Program-made: the position numbers and the translations under genes
Source of the DNA: Saprospiraceae bacterium
Lineage (GTDB): Bacteria; Bacteroidota; Bacteroidia; Chitinophagales; Saprospiraceae
Length of the DNA: 64,000 nucleotides
Assembly: GCA_046329435.1 (NCBI GenBank)
Contig: JAXLUR010000012.1
Coordinates: 24,051 to 88,050, forward strand
Reading direction: 5' to 3'
Shown here: positions 1 to 8,447 of the stretch, piece after piece
Numbering within the stretch: the stretch's first letter is position 1
Layout: each line of letters starts with the position of its first letter
The notes under the pieces: generated by a model
The model's input: only the letters and a program-made list of their open reading frames with translations
What the model was told of the DNA's origin: nothing
Database searches by the model: none

Positions 1-188
1 TGCTGGTGTTTGAGGACAATGGTGACCGTCACGCTATCCGTTTTGAGGGGAACAGGTGCTACCATAGAAGGGCCGGAAGAGCCCTGCGAGGGCTGGCCGG
101 CGGGGTTTTTATCCTTGGGTTGCTGGGCGGCAAGGGTGAAGCCGAGGCCAATCAGACAAATACTCAGGAGCAGAATTTTTTTCGACAT
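1..188 (-). CDS. hypothetical secreted protein, N-terminal fragment (gene runs off the window start)
   Basis: The reverse complement of 186-188 is ATG. My own translation gives MSKKILLLSICLIGLGFTLAAQQPKDKNPAGQPSQGSSGPS..., a typical signal peptide. The frame stays open to position 1. It is absent from the ORF track because no stop lies in the window. Confidence 0.55.
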   Translation of the reverse strand, partial: MSKKILLLSICLIGLGFTLAAQQPKDKNPAGQPSQGSSGPSMVAPVPLKTDSVTVTIVLKHQ

Positions 189-319
189 TTCGCTGCGTTC
201 AGGTGGCAAAATTAGGAAAGGATCAAAGGGAAGGCAAAAATAGTGTGCCGATCTGCTTTTGGCTTCTATTTTTGCCCGTCACTCAAGAATACTTTTGATC
301 AAACGCCAGCTCAGCCTTC

Positions 320-1960
320 ATGTTTAAACAACACCCGTCCGGATTACCCTATCTTTTTTTCACCGAAATGTGGGAACGCTTCGGCTATTACCTCATGATC
401 GGCATTTTCATGCTGTACATGACCGATGCCCAGCGCGGCGGCATGGCCATGGACCGCGGCGAAGCATCCGATATTTACGGCACCTTCATTGCACTGGTGT
501 ACCTCACGCCTTTCATCGGCGGACTGCTTGCCGACCGGGTGCTGGGCTATCGCCGCTCGATTGTGATCGGCGGCAGCCTCATGGGTATCGGCTATTTGCT
601 GCTGGCCATCCCGAACAACCTGACCACTTTTTACACTTCCCTGGGCATCATGATCCTGGGCAACGGCTTTTTCAAACCCAATATTTCGGTACTGCTCGGC
701 AACCTGTACAACGAGGACCGCTATAAAGGCATGAAAGACACCGGCTACAACATCTTCTACATGGGGATCAACATCGGCGCTTTCATTTGCAACTTTTTCG
801 CTGCCTGGCTGCGCTGGAACATCGGCTGGGGCGCTGCTTTTGCCGCTGCAGGCGTAGGAATGTTTATCGGCGTGGCGGTGTTCCTCATCGGCACCCGCCA
901 CTACCGGCACGCCGATGTGCGCAAAGCGCCCGAAAACGGTGAAATGGGGGTCGGCAGAATGCTGTCGTCCGTGCTGCTCCCGGCCGTCGTGACGGGTTTT
1001 GCAGGCTGGATGATCCCCGGCGATGTGTTTGGCTCCAACTCGACCGACGCTTTTATTTTCGGCAGCATGCCCGTGATCGCCTTTTATCTGTGGACCCTGA
1101 AACAGGCCAGCGCCGAAGACAAGCCGCGCATCAAATCGCTGCTGGCTATTTACGGCGTGGTCATCGTGTTTTGGGCGGTTTTCAAACAAAACGGCACGGC
1201 ACTGACCACCTGGGCGGAGTTTTACACCGACCGCAGCATACCGGCCAGTGTGGAGCCCCTTGCCAACCAGCTGCGTCTGGTGCAGGTGGTCAAAAACGAC
1301 ACTGCGCTGGTACCCCAATACGACCACCAGTTCCGCACCACGCGCGATGCGGCAGGCAAAATTGTCAAGATCAACAACATCGATCCCTATTTCCTCAATA
1401 TGCCGGAAGCAGCGCGGCCGCCCAGGGGCGAAAGCCGTTCGCTGGTATCGACCGAGTTGTACCAGTCGGTCAATCCCTTGTTTGTGATCCTGCTGACCCC
1501 GGTCGTGATCTGGGTGTTCGCCCGGCTCCGCAAACGAGGCAAGGAACCCACCACGCCCGCCAAAATCGGGTGGGGACTGGTCATTTCCGCCCTTTCTACC
1601 CTGGTTACCATCATGGCCGTTTACGCCTGCCACAACGGCGCGGTCAAGGCATCGGCCTGGTGGCTGATCGGCACCTACGCGGTCATCACTGCGGGCGAAT
1701 TGTGCCTCAGCCCGATGGGGCTTTCCATGGTGTCCAAAATGGCGCCGCGTCACATTACCGGCCTGATGATGGGCGGCTGGCAACTGGCCACCTCGCTCGG
1801 CAACAAGCTGAGCGGCGTGCTGGCCACCATGTGGGACCGCTACGATGATAAAGCCAGTTTCTTTTGGGTTAATTTTGTGCTGCTGACCATTGCCTCGCTG
1901 GCCTTGTTTGCCATGTTGCGATGGCTCAACCGCCTGTTTCGGGAACAAGGCCTGGTCTGA
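320..1960 (+). CDS. proton-dependent oligopeptide transporter (POT/PTR2 family, DtpT-like)
   Basis: 546-aa ORF with the N-terminal POT signature LFFTEMWERFGYYLM. It is polytopic and hydrophobic throughout. The long antisense ORF 344-1948 is a GC shadow. Confidence 0.9.
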   Translation: MFKQHPSGLPYLFFTEMWERFGYYLMIGIFMLYMTDAQRGGMAMDRGEASDIYGTFIALVYLTPFIGGLLADRVLGYRRSIVIGGSLMGIGYLLLAIPNNLTTFYTSLGIMILGNGFFKPNISVLLGNLYNEDRYKGMKDTGYNIFYMGINIGAFICNFFAAWLRWNIGWGAAFAAAGVGMFIGVAVFLIGTRHYRHADVRKAPENGEMGVGRMLSSVLLPAVVTGFAGWMIPGDVFGSNSTDAFIFGSMPVIAFYLWTLKQASAEDKPRIKSLLAIYGVVIVFWAVFKQNGTALTTWAEFYTDRSIPASVEPLANQLRLVQVVKNDTALVPQYDHQFRTTRDAAGKIVKINNIDPYFLNMPEAARPPRGESRSLVSTELYQSVNPLFVILLTPVVIWVFARLRKRGKEPTTPAKIGWGLVISALSTLVTIMAVYACHNGAVKASAWWLIGTYAVITAGELCLSPMGLSMVSKMAPRHITGLMMGGWQLATSLGNKLSGVLATMWDRYDDKASFFWVNFVLLTIASLALFAMLRWLNRLFREQGLV

Positions 1961-2053
1961 TGCCGGCCATTATTGCCTCGTACGGAGTCTTGAATCAAGA
2001 CATACTACTTGTTAACCAACCATATTTACTGCTCATTTAAAAATCACCGACTT

Positions 2054-2188
2054 ATGGCATCGAAAATGAAAGTTTCGAAGAAAAACGTGTATGCCAAACA
2101 GGACCGCGAAGACAACCGTAAATTTATGCTCGTCCTTGCCCTGGCAACCATCGCATTGATGTTGATGCTCTATTTCATCTTTGCCTGA
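2054..2188 (+). CDS. small hypothetical membrane protein (44 aa)
   Basis: ATG at 2054 and TGA at 2186-2188. My translation is MASKMKVSKKNVYAKQDREDNRKFMLVLALATIALMLMLYFIFA, a basic N-terminus plus one C-terminal TM helix. A strong hairpin terminator follows directly. It is below the ORF-track size cutoff. Confidence 0.4.
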   Translation: MASKMKVSKKNVYAKQDREDNRKFMLVLALATIALMLMLYFIFA

Positions 2189-2214
2189 ACCCGCCGTGAT
2201 CTGCCTGAACTAAA

Positions 2215-2254
2215 CAGGAGCCAGTCTGCGCAGACTGACTCCTGTTGTTTTTTA
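2215..2254. terminator. intrinsic terminator hairpin between convergent genes
   Basis: caggagCcagtctg-cgc-cagactgActcctg stem with one mismatch, followed by ttgtttttt. It lies between the small ORF (+) and the decarboxylase stop (-, 2279). Confidence 0.6.
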
Positions 2255-2278
2255 ATAACCGTCTTGTTGCCTGTTTTT

Positions 2279-3418
2279 TTACGACAGGCGGTTTTTGTAG
2301 TCGCGGTAGCCGAATTTACGCACCACATCGAGCCGGTCGTTTTCGCGCCAGATCGCGATGCCGGGGTGGGTGACGCCGTTGAAAGTGGTTGTTTTGACCA
2401 TGGTATAGTGGATCATGTCTTCAAAAACCAGTTTTTGACCCACTTTAAGGGGTTTGTCGAAGCCGTATTCGGTCATAAAATCGCCACTCAGGCAACTCAC
2501 GCCGCCCAGGCGGTAGCGGTAGCGTCCTTCCTCCGGTTCGAGATGGGCGCCGCGCACCCGCGGTCGGTACGGCATTTCGAGTGTGTCGGGCATGTGCGCC
2601 GTGAAAGACACGTCGAGAATGGCGGTTTTGATGCCTTTGTTCGACACAATATCGAGCACGGTAGCCACGAGAACGCCCGTGTCCCAGGCAAATGCGCTGC
2701 CCGGTTCGAGGATGACATGGAGATGCGGGTACCGCTGCCGAAAGGCTTTCAGTATCCGGATCAGGTGCTCGACGTCGTAGCCGGCGCGCGTCATGAGGTG
2801 GCCGCCGCCGAAATTGACCCATTTGAGTTGCGGGAAAAAGTGGCTGAACCGTTGTTCAAAATTTTCCATCACCTTTTCCAGGTCATAACTGCTTGATTCG
2901 CAAAGCACATGAACGTGCAATCCTTCGATCCCTTCCGGAAGTTTGCCTTTCAGGTTTTCGACAAGCTCGCCCAGCCGGGAGCCTGCCGAAGCCGGGTTGT
3001 ACAGGGCTGTTTCGACGGGCGACCATTCGGGATTGACGCGCAGCCCGGGGCTGACGTGCTCGGGATAACGTTCGAGCCGGCGCTTGTAACGGCGGTATTG
3101 TGTCAGCGAATTGAAGGTTATATGGCTGGAAAGTTTGAGTATTTGCCCGAATTCGCGCGGCAAATAGGCCACCGAATAGGTATGCGCCCTGGTTTTCATT
3201 TCTTCAAAACACAACCGCGCTTCGCTGAGCGAGGAAGCCGTGGCGCCGTGCACATACTGGCGCACCAGCGGAAAAGCGCTCCACATGGCGAAACCCTTGA
3301 AAGCCAGAATGATCTGTACGCCGGCCTCGCGCTGCACACGGCCGATCAATTCGAGATTGCGGCGCAGCAGCGCTTCATCGAGTACGAAACAGGGGGAAGG
3401 AATTTTGGCAATATCCAT
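2279..3418 (-). CDS. nspC: carboxynorspermidine/carboxyspermidine decarboxylase
   Basis: ORF-track frame 2279-3685 trimmed to the ATG at 3418 (MDIAKIPSPCFVLDEALLRRNLELIGRVQREAGVQIILAFKGFAMW...). It is an Orn/DAP/Arg-decarboxylase-fold PLP enzyme of NspC type. The discarded 89-codon extension is junk-like and overlaps the next gene. Confidence 0.85.
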   Translation of the reverse strand: MDIAKIPSPCFVLDEALLRRNLELIGRVQREAGVQIILAFKGFAMWSAFPLVRQYVHGATASSLSEARLCFEEMKTRAHTYSVAYLPREFGQILKLSSHITFNSLTQYRRYKRRLERYPEHVSPGLRVNPEWSPVETALYNPASAGSRLGELVENLKGKLPEGIEGLHVHVLCESSSYDLEKVMENFEQRFSHFFPQLKWVNFGGGHLMTRAGYDVEHLIRILKAFRQRYPHLHVILEPGSAFAWDTGVLVATVLDIVSNKGIKTAILDVSFTAHMPDTLEMPYRPRVRGAHLEPEEGRYRYRLGGVSCLSGDFMTEYGFDKPLKVGQKLVFEDMIHYTMVKTTTFNGVTHPGIAIWRENDRLDVVRKFGYRDYKNRLS

Positions 3419-3494
3419 ATTTGACAGTCGAATTTCAGGGGGCGAAGTTGGGGTTAATTGAGGGTTTGGGAGCGTTTTGAAGCCTTCGAATTTT

Positions 3495-3980
3495 TCAAAA
3501 CAGCCAGCAGAGCACGGGCAGTTCGCCTTTTGGGGCAAATACAAAGGCATTTTGACCAAAATCCGCGGCGAGGCGGGCGGCATTGCCCAGGGAAATCCCT
3601 GCGGCGCCAAAGATTTCTTCCGGCGGCCAGTCGCCCACATCGCCGATACCCAGGGCCGGCTCCAGGCAGGCGCAGTTGCCGGCAAGTTGTTGTTCGAGCA
3701 GGCGGTTGCGCGCTCGGTTGTCGGCCTCGGGCAGCCGAACCGAGCCGGGATTCCAGGCAGTCAGTACGGCCAGAGCGTCGGCCCGCTGCTGTGTCAGCCA
3801 CTCGTCGAGGGCCGGGCAAGGGCAATTGACGCGTATATCGACAGCCGGAGCGAGCAGCCGGTAGCAGGTATGTAAATAGGCTGTTAGCAGCCGTCGGTCG
3901 AGCTGTTTCGGAGAATCTTCGAGCGTTCGTATGGGTACGACGTGTTTTATCCTACTTTTGCGGCGCTTTAAGGCGGACAT
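3495..3980 (-). CDS. DUF3293-like hypothetical protein
   Basis: 161-aa ORF. The ...ALAVLTAWNPGSVRLPEADNRARNRLLEQQL... region resembles DUF3293 proteins. The family assignment is from memory, and the start codon is uncertain. Confidence 0.55.
   Translation of the reverse strand: MSALKRRKSRIKHVVPIRTLEDSPKQLDRRLLTAYLHTCYRLLAPAVDIRVNCPCPALDEWLTQQRADALAVLTAWNPGSVRLPEADNRARNRLLEQQLAGNCACLEPALGIGDVGDWPPEEIFGAAGISLGNAARLAADFGQNAFVFAPKGELPVLCWLF
3953..3960 (+). promoter_or_regulatory. putative Bacteroidota sigma-A -7 box (TAnnTTTG) for yidC
   Basis: TACTTTTG sits about 64 nt upstream of the yidC ATG at 4024. Confidence 0.4.
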
Positions 3981-4023
3981 CTTGCAAAGATTCCAACAAA
4001 CGCCCGCCTTGCAAACAGATTAC

Positions 4024-5931
4024 ATGGAAGAAAAACAAAGCAACCTTAGCACCTACATCGGCATGGGCCTGATTTTTCTGCTCCTTTTCTTTTGGATGCA
4101 GTACTCCGCGCCGCCCAAGCCAGATCAAACGGCACAACAAACGGCGCAGCAAACGACCGGAACGAACGCCGACCCTGCTGCAGCAGCCCCTACCCCTGCC
4201 GCCGCAGTGCCTGCCGCCGCAGCGGCGCCCCCCGACTCTCTTCAGAGCGCCCTGCTGGTCGCCAAATTCGGCGCTTTCACCCCGGCGGCTACCGGTCAGG
4301 AACAACTGCTCGAACTTGAAAACGACCTGGTAAAAATTGTTTTCACCAGCAAAGGCGGTCGCATTCGCGAAATCCGGCTCAAAAAGTATGACAAAATCAA
4401 TACGGATACGGCGGGTAACGACATCAAAAGCCCCGTTTACCTGCTGGAAGACGCCAAAAACCGCTTCGACTTCACGATTCCCGTGCAAGGCAGCGCCGCA
4501 GGCTCGGTCAATACCAGCGAACTGTACTTCGCAGGGGTCAAAAACGGCAACGCCGTCACGTTTCGCGCGCCGGTCAACGGCGGCGGGTATCTGGAACAAA
4601 GCTATACCCTGCGCGACGGCGATTACCACATCGACTACAAAATCGCCACGGTGGGTATGGAACAGGTGTTCCCCGCCGGGCAAGCCAACCTGCAACTGAC
4701 CTGGGTGAACCACCTCGACAAACTGGAGAAAAACCAGCAGTACGAGCGCACCATGTCAACGGTGTACTTCAAACCCAACGACAAAGACCCCGACTACTGC
4801 AACTGCCGTAAAAACGACAGCGAACAACTGGGCGACCAGCCGGTCAAGTGGATGGCGCACAACAACCAGTTTTTCAATACGTCGATCATTGCGCAGGATT
4901 TCTCTTTCCGCAATTTCACCGGCGAGACCCTGATGCTGACCGACGCCGACCCGGATCTGAAAATTCTGAAAACGACGGCCGTACTTCCGGTGCAAAACCC
5001 CAACGGCGGCTCGCTCAACATGGCCATTTACTCCGGCCCCAACGAATTCAAAAAACTACGGGCCTACGATGTCAGCCTGGAAGATATCATACCCTTCGGG
5101 TCCAGCATTTTCGGCGCCATCAACCGCTGGGTGATCCGGCCGATGTTCGTTTTCCTCTCGGGCTTTATCGGCAGCAAAGGCATTGTTATCCTGATGCTTA
5201 CGCTGCTGGTGAAACTGCTGGTGTATCCGCTCACCTACCGGATGGTGCACAGCCAGGCCAGAATGGCAGCCCTCAAGCCGCGTATGGAAGAACTGAAACG
5301 CAAACACGGCGACGACCAGCAGGCCATGTCGGTCGAGACGATGAAGATGTACAGCGAGTTCGGGGTCAATCCCCTGGGCGGCTGCTTCCCGATTTTGCTG
5401 CAAATGCCGATCTGGTTTGCGCTCTACCGCTTCTTCCCTGCGGCTATCGAATTCAGGCAGGAAGGTTTCCTGTGGGCGCACGACCTTTCGAGCTACGACG
5501 TGGCGTTCAAACTGCCGTTCATGATGCCCGGCTTCGGCAACCACATCAGCGCATTCACCCTGATCTGGGTAGCCACTACGCTCTGGTACACCTGGTATTC
5601 CATGAAGCAAATGGACAACTCGGCCATGCAAAATGACCAGATGAAGATCATGAAATACATGCAGTACTTCATGCCGGTCATGTTCATGTTCTTCTTCAAC
5701 AGTTTTGCTTCGGGCCTTACCCTGTACCTGTGTTTCAGCAACATCCTGAACATCGGCCAGACGGTGGTGACCAAACGGTACCTGATCAACCACGATAAAA
5801 TAAACGTGCAGCTGGAAAAAAACCGCCAGAAGCCCAAAAAGGAGACCGGGTTCCGCGCCCGGCTCGAACAGGCCATGAAGGAACAGCAACGCGTTCAGGA
5901 AGAACGGGCCAAACAGCAAAAAAAGAAGTAA
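4024..5931 (+). CDS. yidC: membrane protein insertase YidC (long Bacteroidota form)
   Basis: ORF 3931-5931 trimmed to MEEKQSNLSTYIGMGLIFLLLFFWMQY. It has a large periplasmic domain, then the conserved C-terminal 60-kDa insertase core (GCFPILLQMPIWFALYRFF). A Pro/Ala/Gln-rich low-complexity linker follows TM1. Confidence 0.92.
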   Translation: MEEKQSNLSTYIGMGLIFLLLFFWMQYSAPPKPDQTAQQTAQQTTGTNADPAAAAPTPAAAVPAAAAAPPDSLQSALLVAKFGAFTPAATGQEQLLELENDLVKIVFTSKGGRIREIRLKKYDKINTDTAGNDIKSPVYLLEDAKNRFDFTIPVQGSAAGSVNTSELYFAGVKNGNAVTFRAPVNGGGYLEQSYTLRDGDYHIDYKIATVGMEQVFPAGQANLQLTWVNHLDKLEKNQQYERTMSTVYFKPNDKDPDYCNCRKNDSEQLGDQPVKWMAHNNQFFNTSIIAQDFSFRNFTGETLMLTDADPDLKILKTTAVLPVQNPNGGSLNMAIYSGPNEFKKLRAYDVSLEDIIPFGSSIFGAINRWVIRPMFVFLSGFIGSKGIVILMLTLLVKLLVYPLTYRMVHSQARMAALKPRMEELKRKHGDDQQAMSVETMKMYSEFGVNPLGGCFPILLQMPIWFALYRFFPAAIEFRQEGFLWAHDLSSYDVAFKLPFMMPGFGNHISAFTLIWVATTLWYTWYSMKQMDNSAMQNDQMKIMKYMQYFMPVMFMFFFNSFASGLTLYLCFSNILNIGQTVVTKRYLINHDKINVQLEKNRQKPKKETGFRARLEQAMKEQQRVQEERAKQQKKK

Positions 5932-5947
5932 GGTGAATCAATAAAAA

Positions 5948-5985
5948 CAGCCCCGGCGCCTGTACAGGAACCGGGGCTGTTTTTT
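5948..5985. terminator. bidirectional intrinsic terminator
   Basis: acagccccgg ... ccggggctgt is a 10-bp perfect stem, preceded by aaaaa and followed by ttttt. It lies between convergent yidC (+) and the 6005-6370 gene (-). Confidence 0.75.
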
Positions 5986-6004
5986 GAGTGTATTCTTGCA
6001 GGCG

Positions 6005-6370
6005 CTAATTCGACCAGACGGTGTTGTAGGTATTGTCCCAGTTGACCTTGAGGCTGTAAAGGTTGCACATGTCGAAACCGGTGAATTTGTAAACCGTTCC
6101 GTCATAGGTCACGACTTTCACATCGAAATAGCAGGTCTGGCCATAACTGGCAGGGATATCGACCCGAATCTGGTATCCCTGATACAGGTACCCGTTGCCC
6201 AGCAGGTCGTAGCCCCAGCTGTCGCTTTCGGAGGGAGAAACAAAGACGCGGGCGACGGATTGGCCGGTGTTGTTGATGAGAAAGAAATAGAGCTGTTGGG
6301 CTTGCGATTGTGCAGGGGCGAGCAGCCAGAAGCAGACCAGAAAGGCCGCTGAAAAAAGATGCTTTTTCAT
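6005..6370 (-). CDS. small secreted hypothetical protein
   Basis: ORF 6005-6409 trimmed to MKKHLFSAAFLVCFWLLAPAQSQA (signal peptide). The mature part is beta-rich. I recognise no family. Confidence 0.65.
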   Translation of the reverse strand: MKKHLFSAAFLVCFWLLAPAQSQAQQLYFFLINNTGQSVARVFVSPSESDSWGYDLLGNGYLYQGYQIRVDIPASYGQTCYFDVKVVTYDGTVYKFTGFDMCNLYSLKVNWDNTYNTVWSN

Positions 6371-6463
6371 TTGGTATTGATGTTTGTTACAAAATTTGCA
6401 CTTGGTCAAGCAATATTAGCCAACTGTTTATACATACAAGATTAATAAATAATTAATTCTGCA

Positions 6464-7492
6464 ATGGACATCATCAATCTGATCTCGGACACCGTCACAA
6501 AACCTACCGCGGGCATGCTGAAAGCCATGTTTGCCGCCGAGGTGGGCGACGATGTTTTTCGCGACGACCCATCGGTCAATGCGCTGGAGGAAAAATGCGC
6601 GGCGCTTTTCGGGCATCAGGCCGCGCTGTTTTGCCCTTCGGGCACCATGGCCAACCAGATTGCCCTCAAGGTGCATACCCGTCCGCTGGACGAAGTGGTT
6701 TGCGACGAGATGAGCCATATTTATCAATACGAGGTCGGGGGCTACGCTTTTCACAGCGGCATTTCCGTCAACCTGCTGCGCACGCCCAACGGCATCCTGC
6801 TGCCCGAACTGGTGGACTGGTCCGTCAAGCCGCTGTTCGACTGGTTGCCGCGCACCCGTCTGGTCGTGCTGGAAAATACCTGTAACAAGGGCGGCGGCAG
6901 CATTTACCCGATCGAGACGATAAAAGCCATCCGCGAGGTGTGCCAGCGGCGCAAACTCGCGCTGCACATCGACGGGGCGCGCATCTTCAATGCCCTGGTG
7001 GAAACCGGCAACCAGCCTGCCGAGATCGGCGCGCTGACCGACAGCATCAGCGTTTGCCTGTCGAAAGGCCTGGGGGCGCCCGTGGGTTCCGTGCTGATCG
7101 GCTCTTCCGAATTTATTGCAGAAGCACGGCGGGTACGCAAGGCGATGGGCGGCGGCATGCGGCAGGCCGGTTATCTCGCCGCGGCCGGTATCTACGCGCT
7201 CGACCATCAGGTGGAGCGCCTGAAAGAAGACCACGACAATGCCCGCAGGATCGCGACGGCGCTGCTCGATCTTCCGTATGTGACCAACGTCAGGCCCGTG
7301 GAATCCAACATCCTCATTTTCGACCTGAAAGCGCCGCACACCCCGTCCGTTTTTCTCGAATACCTGGTACACAACGGCGTGGTGGCCTCCGCATTCGGGC
7401 CGCAGACGATCCGTTTTGTGACGCACCTGGATGTGACAGCCCTGATGATTGATCAAACCATCGCCGTATTGCGCAAATTCGGGCAGAATTAG
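6464..7492 (+). CDS. ltaE: low-specificity L-threonine aldolase (PLP-dependent)
   Basis: 342 aa. The N-terminal DLISDTVTKPTAGMLKAMFAAEVGDDVFRDDPSVNALE and CPSGTMANQIAL motifs are typical of the threonine aldolase (beta-eliminating lyase) family. Confidence 0.88.
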   Translation: MDIINLISDTVTKPTAGMLKAMFAAEVGDDVFRDDPSVNALEEKCAALFGHQAALFCPSGTMANQIALKVHTRPLDEVVCDEMSHIYQYEVGGYAFHSGISVNLLRTPNGILLPELVDWSVKPLFDWLPRTRLVVLENTCNKGGGSIYPIETIKAIREVCQRRKLALHIDGARIFNALVETGNQPAEIGALTDSISVCLSKGLGAPVGSVLIGSSEFIAEARRVRKAMGGGMRQAGYLAAAGIYALDHQVERLKEDHDNARRIATALLDLPYVTNVRPVESNILIFDLKAPHTPSVFLEYLVHNGVVASAFGPQTIRFVTHLDVTALMIDQTIAVLRKFGQN

Positions 7493-7501
7493 GCACAGGT
7501 T

Positions 7502-8299
7502 TCACTCGTCCGCTTCTTCCTGTTTTTGACGGCGGAGTTCTTCCATTTCCTCGTCGGTCAGGGGCGGGGCTACCGACCATTGTTCGCGCCAGGAGCGCAC
7601 GGGCAGGCGTTCGAGGGGATACCAGTTGCCCCACCAGTCGAAATATTCCAGGCCGTTGAAATTGAGTTTGTAATCGAATTCGCTGGGCAGGTCGTACACA
7701 AAACCGGGGTAATAATAGCGGCGGCCCGACAGCTGGGCCAGTTGAATTTCGAGCAGCATGGTGAGTTGGCCCAGGCTTCGTGCCGTTTCTTCGGGGCGGA
7801 AGATGCAATAATTGCCCGCCATGCTTTCCCAGCCGAGGTGGTAGAAACTGGTGGCGATCAGTTCGCCTTTGTCGTACACGTCGAGCAATTCGCCCCGGCA
7901 GGGCATGATATCGCTCCAGTTGCTGAAAAAGCCGAAGATGGATTGTGGGCGATGGTGCGGCAGGCGTTCGGCGTGCTGATGAAAAAGCGCTTCGTGCTCG
8001 GCCGTGATGACCAGGGGGCGGCGGTAAATTTTCAGGTCTTTGTTGCGGCGCAGGCATTTGCGCTGGCTTTTGGTGAGGGAAAAGTTGCGCAGGTCGATGC
8101 GCAGCAAAACCACCCGGCAGGGGTGCCCCCGCCATTCCCAGTAGTTGCGGCGAAAAATCAGGTCGGACCAGTAGCACCAGCCGTCTTCGCACAGCCGGTC
8201 GAAAACCAGCGGGTGCATCGGCTCCATCGGAATGTAGGTTTCGACAGGAGCCGGATTGAAGGAGATATTGCGAAAAACCGGCAATGTTTTTGGGTGCAT
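7502..8299 (-). CDS. aminoacyl-tRNA-protein transferase of the ATE/Bpt family (N-end-rule arginyl/leucyl transferase)
   Basis: 265 aa. The ATE_C-like segment is ATSFYHLGWESMAGNYCIFRPEE...RRYYYPGFVYDLPSEFDYKLNFNGLEYF. An alternative start lies at the internal MEPMHP. Confidence 0.75.
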   Translation of the reverse strand: MHPKTLPVFRNISFNPAPVETYIPMEPMHPLVFDRLCEDGWCYWSDLIFRRNYWEWRGHPCRVVLLRIDLRNFSLTKSQRKCLRRNKDLKIYRRPLVITAEHEALFHQHAERLPHHRPQSIFGFFSNWSDIMPCRGELLDVYDKGELIATSFYHLGWESMAGNYCIFRPEETARSLGQLTMLLEIQLAQLSGRRYYYPGFVYDLPSEFDYKLNFNGLEYFDWWGNWYPLERLPVRSWREQWSVAPPLTDEEMEELRRQKQEEADE

Positions 8300-8399
8300 G
8301 TCAGTCGGTTTTGGGTTTTAAAGGATTATCTGTGGGTAAAGTTGCGGAACAGTGTTGTGATTTGTTTTTCTTTCTTACCCCAAAAATAGCCAATCTGCC

Positions 8400-8407
8400 T
8401 ACTTTTG
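8400..8407 (+). promoter_or_regulatory. putative -7 box (TAnnTTTG) for the carboxynorspermidine dehydrogenase gene
   Basis: TACTTTTG sits about 41 nt upstream of the ATG at 8448, in a divergent intergenic region. Confidence 0.4.
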
Positions 8408-8447
8408 CGCGCCCGAAAATTCATCTTTTCATTCACCCGATCGCTCC

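Noticed and set aside
344-1948. Very long antisense ORFs opposite well-supported genes. Examples are 344-1948, 8463-9626, 22217-24472, 42739-43893, 48492-49559, 54667-56166 and 56210-57256.
   Set aside because: Their translations are Arg/Gly/Ala/His-rich, lack recognisable motifs and lie exactly opposite genes with clear family signatures. They are typical stop-codon-poor shadow frames of GC-rich DNA.
3419-3685. N-terminal extensions of ORF-track frames. Examples are nspC to 3685, yidC from 3931, ppk1 from 13093, the enoyl-CoA hydratase to 19796, rnr to 24739, nnr to 56322 and proC to 41549.
   Set aside because: The extensions are compositionally junk-like and often overlap the neighbouring gene or promoter. 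In each case an internal ATG yields the canonical family N-terminus or a proper signal peptide.
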